Notes under the pieces: generated by a model
Databases searched by the model: none
The model's input: only the letters and a program-made list of their open reading frames with translations
Told to the model about the DNA's origin: nothing
NCBI GenBank assembly: GCA_963677485.1
Contig: OY781964.1
Coordinates: 1,696,001-1,760,000, forward strand
Source of the DNA: Armatimonadota bacterium
Lineage (GTDB): Bacteria; Armatimonadota; HRBIN16
DNA: 64,000 nucleotides
Reading direction: 5' to 3'
Made by a program: the position numbers and the translations under genes
Shown here: positions 27,382 to 38,900 of the stretch, one piece after another
How positions within the stretch are numbered: the stretch's first letter is position 1
How the letters are laid out: each line of letters starts with the position of its first letter

Positions 27382-28530
27382 ATGGCTACACCTCTTCATA
27401 AAAAGGTGATGAACCGCATCCGATTTGACTTCATACTCAACGGCCGAGTCGTAGCAGGGGCACGTCTGCCTGGGGCACGCGAACTAGCCAGATTATACGG
27501 TGTCGCGGTGACCACCGTGGTGCACGCTCTGAACGAAATGGAGCTGGAAGGCTGGATCAACAAACGGCGCGGCAGCGGCTGTTATGTCACGCGGCAGGCG
27601 TTGATGAGTCGACCTGAGATGTTGGGACTGGTGGCCTATAGTCCGAAAAATGAGACCGTATTGCGGTTCTACCAGGGAGTGGAGCGCGCCGCGCGCCGCC
27701 GTGAGATGCACGTGGTGATGGCCAACTCCGATGGCGGTTACGAGCTGGAGCACCTGCAGGTCAAGCGGCTGGTCGAAGCGGGCTGCCGCGCGCTGGTCAT
27801 CCTGCCCACCACCCGCACTCGGAAGCAGATGGCCCGCGACTACCTGCGAACCGAGTTCCGTGATATCCCGATTGTGCTGGTCGACATCGCCTATCCTGAA
27901 CAACGCCGCGCCAGTGTGCTGTTTGACAACTACCAGGCCGGCTATGACATGACCGAATACATCGTCAAGCAGGGCTGCAAGCGAATCGCGTTCATGGATA
28001 TCGCCGATGCAGATGAGACCAACCTGTTGATGCACCGCTCCACCAAGGAGCGATATCAAGGCTATCGCGACGCTCTGCGTGACCTGGGCATTGTGTTCCA
28101 CCGTGAAGATGTGCTGATGGTGGATGACCTCATGTTCCAGACAGACCCTACCACAATGCTGATCGCCTTCCTGCGCAGGGTGCAGCAGGAACCGGAGCCC
28201 GTCGATGCCCTCATCTCGCTGTATGACCCATGGGCTGTGATGTGCATCCGGCTGGCTCGCGAAATGGGCATCAAAATCCCCGGACAGCTACTCGTCACCG
28301 GTTTTGACAACCTCACCATGCCGGGTTATCCGCGAGATTTCGTCACCACCAGCCCGGACTTCCGGCGTGCGGGCGAATTGGCGGTGCGTCTGGCGGTAGA
28401 ACTGACCGTCACACGGCAGAATACGCTGCCCAGTTATGTGCTGCCAGTGCCGCTGCTGATCCCGCCCCCACCGGTGGCTGTTGAGCCCACGGCAGAGGCA
28501 CCAGCAGCCGATAACCCACAACCGGAGTAA
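27382..28530 (+). CDS. GntR-HTH / LacI-type sensor transcriptional regulator (AraR-like)
   Basis: RLPGARELARLYGV...RRGSGCYV; FDNYQAGY, ERYQGY and GFDN; GGAGGA RBS at this start. Confidence 0.9.
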   Translation: MATPLHKKVMNRIRFDFILNGRVVAGARLPGARELARLYGVAVTTVVHALNEMELEGWINKRRGSGCYVTRQALMSRPEMLGLVAYSPKNETVLRFYQGVERAARRREMHVVMANSDGGYELEHLQVKRLVEAGCRALVILPTTRTRKQMARDYLRTEFRDIPIVLVDIAYPEQRRASVLFDNYQAGYDMTEYIVKQGCKRIAFMDIADADETNLLMHRSTKERYQGYRDALRDLGIVFHREDVLMVDDLMFQTDPTTMLIAFLRRVQQEPEPVDALISLYDPWAVMCIRLAREMGIKIPGQLLVTGFDNLTMPGYPRDFVTTSPDFRRAGELAVRLAVELTVTRQNTLPSYVLPVPLLIPPPPVAVEPTAEAPAADNPQPE

Positions 28531-28532
28531 CT

Positions 28533-30533
28533 ATGAAGACGCGCGTGTTTCTCTCAATAGCGACCGCCATATGGGGCGTTGCATCGATGGCCCATGCCGG
28601 GGAATGGGTTTGGCCGCTCGATCTCACATCAAAGCAGCAGCCCATTCGGTCGGTGGCGGTGAATATGAGCGGGGCGCCAGCCGATACGGTCGATGCCAAC
28701 GACTGCCAACTTGAGGGTGGTGTCGCTTACCCAGACCCAGCTGCATTGGGTGGACAGGCTGTGGGAGCATTTGGCAACAAGCCGGGGCACCGGATCACCA
28801 TCAAAGGCGTGAAGCCAACGGGTGTGGTGAGCATCTACGTGAATAACGGCAATGGCCGTCAGACGCAGTTTGGGCTATATGTCAACGGCCAGCGCAAAGC
28901 CACGCTGATAGCTCCGGCAACCCCAAACTGGTATTCGCCGTTTGTTCCCGTGGAATACCGTGGCGACTTTCAAGGTGAGGTCGCCATTGGTGTGGATGAA
29001 GCGGATGTCGCCGCCAACAAGAACGACTTCTGCATGAATATCGACCGATTTGAGTTCTCTGAGAGGCGAGCTTCCCAGGACATCTGGCTGCCTTTGGCCA
29101 AAGGTAAGCTGAGCCTGTCGGCTCAAAGCTTCATCATGGGATACAAGGTCAAGGCGCCTAAGGGGCTGAACACGCAGTTGGTGCTGGAAGCCGCAGATGG
29201 CAGCCGGTATAAATCCAAACAGTGGAACCAGTGGGGGAACAACTCCTGGGAGAATGCCAACCTGACATTTGATAACTTCACGCCTCATCTTGATGTCAGT
29301 AAGCTGAAGACCGGTGTCTGGAAACTCGGTTTGTACATCCGTGAGACACTCAAGCCTGTAAGGGGCACTTGTCAGGTGCAGCGGGTGATATTCAGCGATG
29401 TGTGGCCCTCTCAACCGTCAGCAGGCAGCCCGTTCGCCCCAAGCAAGCTGTATGCCGGGGTGCGGTTTACAGGTCGACACGCCCACTACACGCAGGCTGA
29501 TACCTGGTACCCCACTTGGGCTTCCGATGGCAACCTCTACTCACCCTATACCGATGGCACAGTAGATGGCGTGTTCAGCCGTTCAGACAACGTGGGCGCC
29601 ACCACAGGCATGGCCAAAATCGTGGGTGATGACCCCATGAAATTGAAGGTCAGCACCCTTGGGCTCTATTCAAGCTCACCATGGCCCTTCGCTACGCGGA
29701 ATCCGTGTGGTTCGCTGCTTTACAACGGTGTTTGGTACTACGGAACCTACATCCTGAACAGCGGCAGCTGGCCCGTGAAGGATACTGAGCAGATGTTCCA
29801 GGGGCCATTTGTAGGGTTCCGGACCAGCAAGGACTATGGCAAGAGCTGGACGGAGACCCCCTGCACACCTCAAAGCAATCTGTTCGGCGAGCGCGTCGAC
29901 AAGAACCCCTCTGGCGGATACACCAAAATCCGAATGGGCACCCCTCATTTCGTGGATTTCGGCAAGAACATGCAATACAGCCCAGATGGATATGCCTACC
30001 TTGTGGCGCACGGCAACCAGAGGCCTGTCAGCAACCAGAACTGGATACTGGGTGACGGGGTGTACCTCTGTCGCGTAAAACCCAGCGTGAAGAACATCAA
30101 CGATATCAATGCCTACCAGTTCTTCGCAGGCTATCAAGCGGATGGTCAGCCGGTATGGAGCCACCGCTTCGAAGATATTAAGCCGCTGTTTACCTGGAAC
30201 CAGCGGGCTGGTTGTGTGACGATGAGCTACATACCCATGTCCAAACGATACATCATGACAGTCAGCAATGGCGATAATGTCAGTTCCCCATTCAACACCT
30301 ATATCCTGGAGAGCGACAAGCTGACAGGCCCTTTCAATATGGTGACATACATGGAAGGCTTCGGCCGGCAAGCCTATTTTGTGAACATTCCCAGCAAGTT
30401 CATCCAGCCCAATGGAAATCGCATGTGGCTGTGTTATAGTGCAAACTGGACGGGTCACCTAACGAACCCTCCAGGTGCATCGTATTGTATGAATTTGTCC
30501 GAATTTGACTTAGTTCCTCGTCATACTAAATGA
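28533..30533 (+). CDS. Secreted protein: CBM-like domains plus beta-propeller hydrolase (DUF4185-like)
   Basis: Signal peptide; DTWYPTWASDGNLYSPYTDG, FVDFGKN, ESDKLTGPF and YFVNIPSKF. Confidence 0.6.
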   Translation: MKTRVFLSIATAIWGVASMAHAGEWVWPLDLTSKQQPIRSVAVNMSGAPADTVDANDCQLEGGVAYPDPAALGGQAVGAFGNKPGHRITIKGVKPTGVVSIYVNNGNGRQTQFGLYVNGQRKATLIAPATPNWYSPFVPVEYRGDFQGEVAIGVDEADVAANKNDFCMNIDRFEFSERRASQDIWLPLAKGKLSLSAQSFIMGYKVKAPKGLNTQLVLEAADGSRYKSKQWNQWGNNSWENANLTFDNFTPHLDVSKLKTGVWKLGLYIRETLKPVRGTCQVQRVIFSDVWPSQPSAGSPFAPSKLYAGVRFTGRHAHYTQADTWYPTWASDGNLYSPYTDGTVDGVFSRSDNVGATTGMAKIVGDDPMKLKVSTLGLYSSSPWPFATRNPCGSLLYNGVWYYGTYILNSGSWPVKDTEQMFQGPFVGFRTSKDYGKSWTETPCTPQSNLFGERVDKNPSGGYTKIRMGTPHFVDFGKNMQYSPDGYAYLVAHGNQRPVSNQNWILGDGVYLCRVKPSVKNINDINAYQFFAGYQADGQPVWSHRFEDIKPLFTWNQRAGCVTMSYIPMSKRYIMTVSNGDNVSSPFNTYILESDKLTGPFNMVTYMEGFGRQAYFVNIPSKFIQPNGNRMWLCYSANWTGHLTNPPGASYCMNLSEFDLVPRHTK

Positions 30534-30563
30534 ACCAGGATAATCCAAAGGAGCGTACTTTCA

Positions 30564-32039
30564 ATGAACCGAGTGCAGATGATCCCGTCACCAGCCAGCA
30601 TTTCAGACAATGGGGGCAGCATAAAAGTCACCTCAGCTAACAGCATCGTGTTTAAAAAGTATGCGAAAGATGATGCGGTTTTATTGCAGCAGATGATCGT
30701 GCAGTTGGGTGGGCCCAAGATACCCGTCACCTCTTACCGGGCAGACACAGGGGACATCCAGGTGGCTTTCAATGCCAACTACACCGATGAGAGCTATACC
30801 ATCGATGTCGATGAGTGTGTGAAGGTCACTGGTAAACCAAAAACCGGCCTGAGTTGGGGCATCGTCAGCCTGTTACAGATGATGGAAATCACGCCAGACG
30901 CCGTCTCAATCCCCCGAGTCAATATTAAAGACAAACCAGAAAGCCCATTCCGCAGTGTGATGGTGGACCTGGCACGCAAGTGGCACCCCATGCCATCGCT
31001 ATATAATATAGTGCTGATGTGCTGGTGGTATAAGATCAAGTATCTGCATCTGCACCTGACCGATGATCAGAGTTGGACACTACCCAGCAAGCGTTACCCG
31101 AAACTGCCCACACCGGAACGCCACTATTCCGCAACGGAGCTTAAGAAACTAAATAGTTTTGCTCAGCAGCATGGAGTGACCATCGTGCCGGAGGTTGATA
31201 TGCCCGGCCACAGCCTGGCGCTGGTAAAGGCTCTGCCCAAAATCGTAGGCAATGAATCGGCAGGGGCCGCCAAGACCACCAAGGGCGACGGAGTCATCCA
31301 TCCTGGTATGACAGGTGAAGAGGCTGCAAGTGCCATCTGCCCGGGACGCGAAAGCACCTATGAGTTCATGCGTGACATAGTGGAGCAGCTCTGCCGTCTC
31401 TTCCCAGACAGCCCCTACATTCACATCGGGGCCGATGAAGTCAATAAAGTTCCGTGGACGACGTGTATTCACTGTGCAAAATACATGCAAAAGCACGGGT
31501 TGGACGACGTGGAAGAACTCTACCGGCACTTTATTGTCAGGATGAACGATGTGGTGCGGGAATGTGGCAAGCAGACCATCGTATGGGAAGGCTTCAAGGT
31601 CAAAGGCAAGGTTGAGATACCACGCAACATCATCGTGATGGAATTTGAGAACCACTATGAGTTGCCAACTCCTCTGCTCAAAGCTGGCTACAGCCTGGTC
31701 AACACAAGCTGGCAGCCGCTCTACATCGTCCCAACGGTGAGCTGGCCGGCTGACCACATTCTGAAGTGGAATATCTGGCGGTGGGAGCATTGGTGGAACC
31801 AGAGCCAAGCATTCCCCAACGGCATTAATGTTCACAAGACCAGCCAGGTGCTGGGTGCCGGCATGTGCGCCTGGGAAATGGATCCTGAGCCAGAGATCAT
31901 CGCCTTCCTGCCGAGAGTGCCCGCCTTGTCTGAGCGCACTTGGAACACCAAAGCCGAGGTGAACTATGATTCCTGGCTCGCAAGCTGGAACCATATCAAC
32001 GCGCGGCTGGGGCAGCTTATGGCATCGCAGCCCAAATAG
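30564..32039 (+). CDS. GH20 beta-N-acetylhexosaminidase
   Basis: RSVMVDLAR, LHLHLTDDQSW, PEVDMPGH and catalytic HIGADE. Confidence 0.92.
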   Translation: MNRVQMIPSPASISDNGGSIKVTSANSIVFKKYAKDDAVLLQQMIVQLGGPKIPVTSYRADTGDIQVAFNANYTDESYTIDVDECVKVTGKPKTGLSWGIVSLLQMMEITPDAVSIPRVNIKDKPESPFRSVMVDLARKWHPMPSLYNIVLMCWWYKIKYLHLHLTDDQSWTLPSKRYPKLPTPERHYSATELKKLNSFAQQHGVTIVPEVDMPGHSLALVKALPKIVGNESAGAAKTTKGDGVIHPGMTGEEAASAICPGRESTYEFMRDIVEQLCRLFPDSPYIHIGADEVNKVPWTTCIHCAKYMQKHGLDDVEELYRHFIVRMNDVVRECGKQTIVWEGFKVKGKVEIPRNIIVMEFENHYELPTPLLKAGYSLVNTSWQPLYIVPTVSWPADHILKWNIWRWEHWWNQSQAFPNGINVHKTSQVLGAGMCAWEMDPEPEIIAFLPRVPALSERTWNTKAEVNYDSWLASWNHINARLGQLMASQPK

Positions 32040-32110
32040 TGTGAGGGCACTATAAATAACAACAAGCAACCGCCCGTGCTGGCACGGCAGCCCAGGCAGT
32101 ACTAATACTG

Positions 32111-32195
32111 TCGTAGGGGCGTCCCTTGTGGGCGTCCTAATCGTTGTTCAATCGATAGCTCCTGTTTAGGGCGCCCACAAGGGACGCCCCTACGA
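32111..32195. repeat. 85-bp GTAG-type REPIN
   Basis: TCGTAGGGGCGTCCCTTGTGGGC...GCCCACAAGGGACGCCCCTACGA; same-length copy at 61353-61437. Confidence 0.85.
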
Positions 32196-32310
32196 CTAGT
32201 TACTTAAATGATCAGCATCGGTACGATACGAAGATAAATCAAGCCTGCATACTGAGCCATTCACCACATACCATGGCTCAGTATGCAGATAATCCAGGGA
32301 GCACTAAAGC

Positions 32311-35300
32311 ATGAGTCACAACACGGTCATTCCTACCCCATATGTTCACAGAGTGATGGACGGCAATATCACTGTCACCTCGGCAAACCGCATCGTATAC
32401 ACCAAGAAAGACCAGAAAGTGCTGGCCAGTTTCTTACACCAAAAGATAGTAGATATGGGTGGACCGCGGCTGCCTGTGAGGTGTGGTATCACCAAGCCTG
32501 GTGATATCTATCTATTGGCGGGCTCATCCAAGCAGCGAGACCGTTACGCAGTTCATGTTGATGACCGTGTGAAATTGGCCGGCCACAAGGATGGCGGGAT
32601 TCAATGGGCTATGGTGAGTCTGCTCCAACAGGCCGTCATTTCTTCTGATGCCATCACCATACCCAAAATGAGCCTTAGTGACGAATCCCAAAGCCCGTAC
32701 CGAGGTCTGATGGTCGATCTAGCCAGTTTCTGGCACCCGATAGAATCCCTATATGACATGGTGCTGTTATGCTGGTGGTATAAAATCAACAATCTGCATC
32801 TGCATTTCACCGATGACAAAAGCTGGACCCTTCCAAACGCGAAATACCCCAACCTGCCTACACCAGACCGGCACTACACCGCCAGACAACTGCAGACACT
32901 CAACAAACTGGCTCAGATGCACGGCGTCACCATTGTGCCCGAAGTCGATATGCCTGGACACTGCTTGGCTCTGGTCAGTGCGCTGCCCGAGGTTGTCGGT
33001 AATGAGCAGGCATCGTCATCGGGGGAAGCCGGTCATGACGAGCTCATCCATCCTGGTATGACCGGAAAAGAGGCCGATAGTGCCATCTGTCCGGGGCGCG
33101 AAAGCACATATGAGTTTTTGGGCAGTGTCATTTCCGACGTCTGTGAGTTATTCCCTGACAGCCCATATATTCATATTGGAGCTGATGAAGTCAATAAAAA
33201 GCCATGGACGTCTTGTAAACACTGCCACGAATATATGAAGCAGCACAGCATACCCGATGCTGAAGAGCTCTACCGCCACTTTATCGTGCGGATGAATGAC
33301 TGCGTGCGCGAACACGGGAAACAAACCATTGTATGGGAGGGGTTCAAAGCCGAAGGGTCGATACCTATCCCGCAAGACGTGATTGTGATGGAGTTCGAAA
33401 ATCACTATGAGTTACCAGGGCCCCTGCTTGACAAGGGCTATCAACTGATCAATACCAGTTGGCAGCCGCTGTATATCGTGCCCACCGCCAGTTGGTCGGC
33501 TGAGCATATTCTGGGATGGAATATTTGGCGATGGGAACACTGGTGGGATCAAAGCCAGGCCTTTCCAAACGGCATTGAGGTTCCACAAACCAAACAGGTC
33601 ATCGGCGCACAGGTCTGTTCATGGGGCATGGAGTCTCAGGCGGAGATGGACGCTCTTTTGCCGCGAGTCGCAGCTTTAGCCGAACGCACATGGCATAATA
33701 CCAGGCCGGTGTCGATCGACGACTGGACAGCGTGCTGGGAACAGCAAAACACCCGCATCAAAGGTCTGTTTGGCAGTCTGAATCAAGACGTGCCGAAGGC
33801 AAAACCGCCAGTCATACCAACCAAACCAGTCATGTCGCCGTCGATGGCATCACTAGACGTGATACCTTCACCTAAAAGCATCAGTTACCTTCCAGGCAAC
33901 ATAACAGTCACCGCTGACAACTATATCACCTATCAGACGGGATTACGAAATCAAGCCCTGCTACTCCAAAAGACGATACGACAGCTTGGTGGGCCCCTCA
34001 TAAAATGCAGGGACTATCGGCCGTCCGAAGGGGATATCAACATTAGAAGGTCGAGGAGCCAACGCCAGGACCAATATGATATCGATGTTAACCAATACGC
34101 CGCGATCAGTGGACACCCTGACACAGGGGTAGCCTGGGCGATTGCCAGTCTTCTGCAGGTGGCGACGATCACTGCAGATGCGGTCGAAATCCCACGAATG
34201 AAGATATCAGACGGTTCGGATCACGCCTTTCGAAGCCTGATGGTCGACTTGGTCAGCACCTGGCATCCTATAGAGTCACTGTATGACTATGTGCAGTTGT
34301 GCTGGTGGTATAAAGTCCGCTACCTGCATCTGCACTTCACAGATGACGCTTGCTGGACGCTGCCAAACAGTCGCTATCCAGAGTTACTCACACCAGACAA
34401 GCACTACACCGAAAGACAGATCACAGAGTTGAATCTGTATGCACAACAGCACGGTGTCACCATCATCCCTGAGGTTGACGTGCCCGGGCACAGCAAGCTG
34501 CTGGCCCAGACTCTGCCCCGTCTGGTGGGCAACGAGGAATCACTCGAGTTATCCGGTGGCGATACCGAAGGCCTGCTGCATCCCGGTCTGGCTAACACCA
34601 CACCTGCCTGCACCATCTGCCCGGGACGCGAATCCACCTACGAGTTCTTGAGCGAGGTGGTAGACGATCTTTGCCGATGGTTCCCCAACAGCCCCTATAT
34701 TCATATCGGCGGGGATGAAGTCAACAAAGTGCCCTGGACCAACTGCAGACATTGCCAGAACTACATGAAGCAGCACGGACTGCCCAACGTGGAAGAGCTG
34801 TATCGGCACTTCATCGTAAGGATGAACGAGCTGGTGGTGAAGCACGGTAAACAAAGCATTGTCTGGGAAGGCTTCAAAGTGGATGGGCTGGTGGAGATTC
34901 CGCGCGACATTATCGTGATGGAGTATGAGTGCTACTATGAGCTTCCTGGGAATCTCATCGAAGCCGGTTACCAGGTGGTGAATACCAGTTGGCAGCCTAA
35001 CTACATCGTGCCCACCAAGAGCTGGCCCGCTAGTCAGATACTCAAATGGCATGTGCGGCGTTGGGAGCACTTTTTGGAGCACAGCCTGGCAACACCAAAT
35101 GGGGTGGATATCGACAAAACGCTGCCCGTGTTGGGTGCTGGCATGTGTTCGTGGGGCATGGAGCCACTAGCCGGTATGCAGGCATTACGGTCAAGGCTGC
35201 CAGCCCTGGCACAGCGTGCCTGGAGGCCAAGCAAGCCGGTGACCTATAAGGAGTGGGAAAAGTCGTGGGCTCTAGTTGATTCTCGGCTGGACAGACTGTT

Positions 35301-35316
35301 AAATGTATTAAGGTAA
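32311..35316 (+). CDS. Tandem double GH20 protein
   Basis: Two full GH20b+GH20 modules (HIGADE, HIGGDE) joined by a Pro/Lys linker. Confidence 0.92.
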   Translation: MSHNTVIPTPYVHRVMDGNITVTSANRIVYTKKDQKVLASFLHQKIVDMGGPRLPVRCGITKPGDIYLLAGSSKQRDRYAVHVDDRVKLAGHKDGGIQWAMVSLLQQAVISSDAITIPKMSLSDESQSPYRGLMVDLASFWHPIESLYDMVLLCWWYKINNLHLHFTDDKSWTLPNAKYPNLPTPDRHYTARQLQTLNKLAQMHGVTIVPEVDMPGHCLALVSALPEVVGNEQASSSGEAGHDELIHPGMTGKEADSAICPGRESTYEFLGSVISDVCELFPDSPYIHIGADEVNKKPWTSCKHCHEYMKQHSIPDAEELYRHFIVRMNDCVREHGKQTIVWEGFKAEGSIPIPQDVIVMEFENHYELPGPLLDKGYQLINTSWQPLYIVPTASWSAEHILGWNIWRWEHWWDQSQAFPNGIEVPQTKQVIGAQVCSWGMESQAEMDALLPRVAALAERTWHNTRPVSIDDWTACWEQQNTRIKGLFGSLNQDVPKAKPPVIPTKPVMSPSMASLDVIPSPKSISYLPGNITVTADNYITYQTGLRNQALLLQKTIRQLGGPLIKCRDYRPSEGDINIRRSRSQRQDQYDIDVNQYAAISGHPDTGVAWAIASLLQVATITADAVEIPRMKISDGSDHAFRSLMVDLVSTWHPIESLYDYVQLCWWYKVRYLHLHFTDDACWTLPNSRYPELLTPDKHYTERQITELNLYAQQHGVTIIPEVDVPGHSKLLAQTLPRLVGNEESLELSGGDTEGLLHPGLANTTPACTICPGRESTYEFLSEVVDDLCRWFPNSPYIHIGGDEVNKVPWTNCRHCQNYMKQHGLPNVEELYRHFIVRMNELVVKHGKQSIVWEGFKVDGLVEIPRDIIVMEYECYYELPGNLIEAGYQVVNTSWQPNYIVPTKSWPASQILKWHVRRWEHFLEHSLATPNGVDIDKTLPVLGAGMCSWGMEPLAGMQALRSRLPALAQRAWRPSKPVTYKEWEKSWALVDSRLDRLLNVLR

Positions 35317-35439
35317 CTTCTTAGTCTCACGCGAAGACGCGAAGGTAATGACCGGTAACGCCGTTGTAGCTTCCGGCACCCACGAAGTGGGTAAGATTCA
35401 TTATAGCCAGGAGGATCGCATCGCTTGGAAGTAGCTGGT

Positions 35440-35605
35440 TGGCTATGTCCGGGGCGGTCTGTCAGTACGCCTGCGTAGGCCACTGTCTATAGACCGCGCC
35501 GGTCTTGTTCTTGGCACACATCTTTTATGGCTATCCGCCAGACCGGCGCGGTCTTGAGCCTTCTGCAACCATTAGTCTACGGTCAGACCGCCCCGGACAT
35601 AGGCA
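35440..35605. mobile_element. 166-bp MITE/REPIN-like element, family A (second full copy)
   Basis: Collinear with 14955-15120; partial copies near 24247-24305, 26842-26927, 53853-53896 and 57129-57265. Confidence 0.7.
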
Positions 35606-35902
35606 ACGCTTGGCTGCAATAGAAGCGAATGGCCATTCGCATATCGATCTGTCGCCTCAGCGTGACGCGTCAGTTTCAGCCTGGGCTGCGGTGCATGCAC
35701 GTCGGGTGCTTACCCGTGGCTATAGCAGTAACACCCACTTCGTGGGTGTCCGTAGGATTGCCTGATCGCAATGGAAATATGCAGACCCGCTACTTGGTAG
35801 AATTGGGCGATGGCTGAGTAGTTTTATATGATAAGCCTGGCCACACCCGTGGGAGGGTAGTCATTCCCGAGTATTCATAAAACAAACCTGGAGGCCTATC
35901 GG

Positions 35903-38900
35903 ATGCTCCGCAGGATAGCTATAGGAGTCATACTTATGTCATCATTATCGGTCAGTGCCGCTCCTAAAGGCATTGAGATTCATAGCCTAAAGTGCGAATA
36001 CCGCACGAACCCGCTTAGCGTCGATGTGCTGGCACCACGCTTGAGCTGGTCGATACAGGCTGAAGAACGAGCGGTCAAACAATCAAAATATCAGATACTG
36101 GTAGCCAGCGACCCAAAGCTGCTGACGAAAAACATCGGTGATCTGTGGGACACAGGCGAAGTGGTCTCGGATGTCTGCACTCACTTACCCTATTCTGGCA
36201 AAAAGCTGGTCTCCGGCCAAATGTGCTACTGGAAAGTGCGCATGTGGGACCAAAACGGCCGCAGCAGCGGCTGGAGTAAACCGGCTTCCTGGAGCATGGG
36301 GCTGCTGCAGCCTTCCGACTGGAAAGCCCAGTGGATTGGTCTTGATGGCGGTGAGAACCCCGATACATTCGCACAAGCCCAGTGGATGTGGCTGGCGGAT
36401 GATACGGCGAAAGTGGGCGCCAACCGCTGCTTCCGGCGGAGCGTGATGATCCCGGCTGACCGTGAGCTGATTGGTGCCCGGATCACCATCGGCACACACA
36501 GCACTTTTTCGGTATCGATCAACGGACAATCGATCTGCAATGGTGCGCGCACGATCTTTACACCCGCCTCTGAGATCGACGTAGAGTCATATCTCAAACC
36601 CGGGCTCAATGCTATCGCCATTGAAGCCTCGTGCTGTGACCCCAATGTGGAGCCATCTGGCATTATCTGTGCGCTCTCTGCGGAGTTCGACACAGGTGCT
36701 CCGATGCTGGTCACCTCCAACTCTGAATGGAAAGTCTCCAAACGCCGGATGGCTGGATGGGATATGCCAGACTTCGACGACTCCAAATGGGTGTCTGTCA
36801 AAGAGTTCGGCACTAACGACCACGCCCCCTTCAATCGTGTGCAAGGCGATGACTACCGGCGATTATCGGCACGAATGCTGCGCCGTGACTTCGATGTGCC
36901 CAAAAAGCTCACCCGCGCCACGGCTTATATCTGCGGGCTTGGGCTGTCAGAGCTCTATCTCAACGGCAGGAAGGTGGGCGACCATGTGCTCTCACCTGGT
37001 CTGACAGATTATAACAAACGCTCGTTGTATGTCACTTATGATGTCACCAAAAACATCAAACAAGGCGCCAACGCAGTCGGGGTGATCCTGGGCAACGGGC
37101 GCTATTTCGCCCCGCGCAACAGTGCACCGACCACCACATTCAGTTACGGATACCCCAAGCTGCTGCTGCAGATGGAGATGGAATACGACGACGGCAGCCG
37201 CGACACCGTTGTGAGCGATGCCTCATGGAAGCTGACCACCGATGGACCCATCCTGGCGAACAACGAGTACGACGGCGAGGTGTACGACGCCCGCAAGGAG
37301 ATGCCCGGTTGGAACACGGCTGGTTTCGATAGCTCAGCCTGGCAACCTGCTCAGCTCGTGGAGGCACCGAAGGGCATCATGTGCTCTGAGATCGCGGAGC
37401 CGATCAAGGTGATGGACACCGTGAATCCCATCGCCATCACCAGCCCGCGACCGGGAGTTTATATCTTCGACATGGGCCAGAATATGGTGGGCTGGTGCAA
37501 GCTGAAGGTGAAGGGTCCACGCGGCACCAAAGTTTATATGCAGCATGCGGAAAAACTGCAGCACAACGGCGAGCTCTACCTGGAGAACCTGCGCTCAGCC
37601 AAAGTGACCGACCGCTACACGCTTAAGGGCACCGGCACCGAAGTCTATGAACCGCGGTTTACCTACCACGGTTTCCGGTTTGTAGAGGTCAGTGGATACC
37701 CCGGCAAGCCCGATCTGTCTGCCATTGAGGGTGTGGTCATCCATGACAGCATGGCCGAAGTGGGCTCCTTCGAGTGCTCCAATCCGCTGGTAAACAAGAT
37801 ATATCACAACATCTACTGGGGTATCCGCGGCAACTACCGCAGCATCCCCACCGACTGCCCGCAGCGCGATGAGCGCCAGGGCTGGTTTGGAGACCGCGCG
37901 CAGGTCTCGCGTGGCGAGATGTATGTGTTTGACACCGCCGCCATGCACACCAAATGGATGACCGATATTCGGGATTCCCAGAAGGAAGACGGCAGTATCC
38001 CCGACCTGGCACCGGCATACTGGGCGTTCTACACCAACAGCGTGACCTTCCCCACCCTCGCGTTTTCCATTCCGGGGCACTTATACCGTGCCTACGGTGA
38101 CAAGCAGATTCTGGAACACCAGTATGATGCGATCAAGCGATGGACTGACATGATGCGTGTCAAACTGAACGGCGACATTATGCCTCCCGATACCTATGGT
38201 GACTGGTGCGTGCCGCCGGAATCACGCGAGATGATCTGGTCGAACGATGCTATGCGCGTGACCGACAAGGAGCTGGTGGCCTCCGCCTACTTCTACTACA
38301 ACCTGCAGCAGCTCGCCTACTTCGCCTCCGTGCTGGGCAACGACGCCGACGTGAAGCTGTATGGCGAGATCGCTGCTCGAATGAAAGTGGCCTTCAACGC
38401 CAAGTGGCTGAAGCCCGTCGAAGGCGTTTATGACAACGGCAACCAGACCTCCTGCATCTTGCCCCTCGCCTTCGGACTGGTGCCAGATGCGAACCGCAAG
38501 CAGATTGTGGATCACCTGGTCAGCAAAATCCTGGTGGACGCCAAAGGGCATGTGGGCACCGGCATGATCGGTTGCCAGTGGCTGATGCGTGTGTTGACGG
38601 ACAACGGATGGCCCGATGTGGCACACCGACTGGCCACGAATACCACATATCCCAGTTGGGGATACATGATCAAGAAGGGCGCCACTACCATCTGGGAGCT
38701 GTGGAACGGAGACACTGGCGACCCCTTGATGGATTCCGGCAACCACGTGATGCAAATCGGCGACCTGTGTACCTGGCTGTACGAATATGTGGCGGGTATC
38801 GCGCCGGATGACAATGTACCTGGGTTCAAGCACACCATCATGCGGCCGGTCATGACCGATTACTTCACTTCGGCTAAGGCCACTCATATGAGCATGTATG

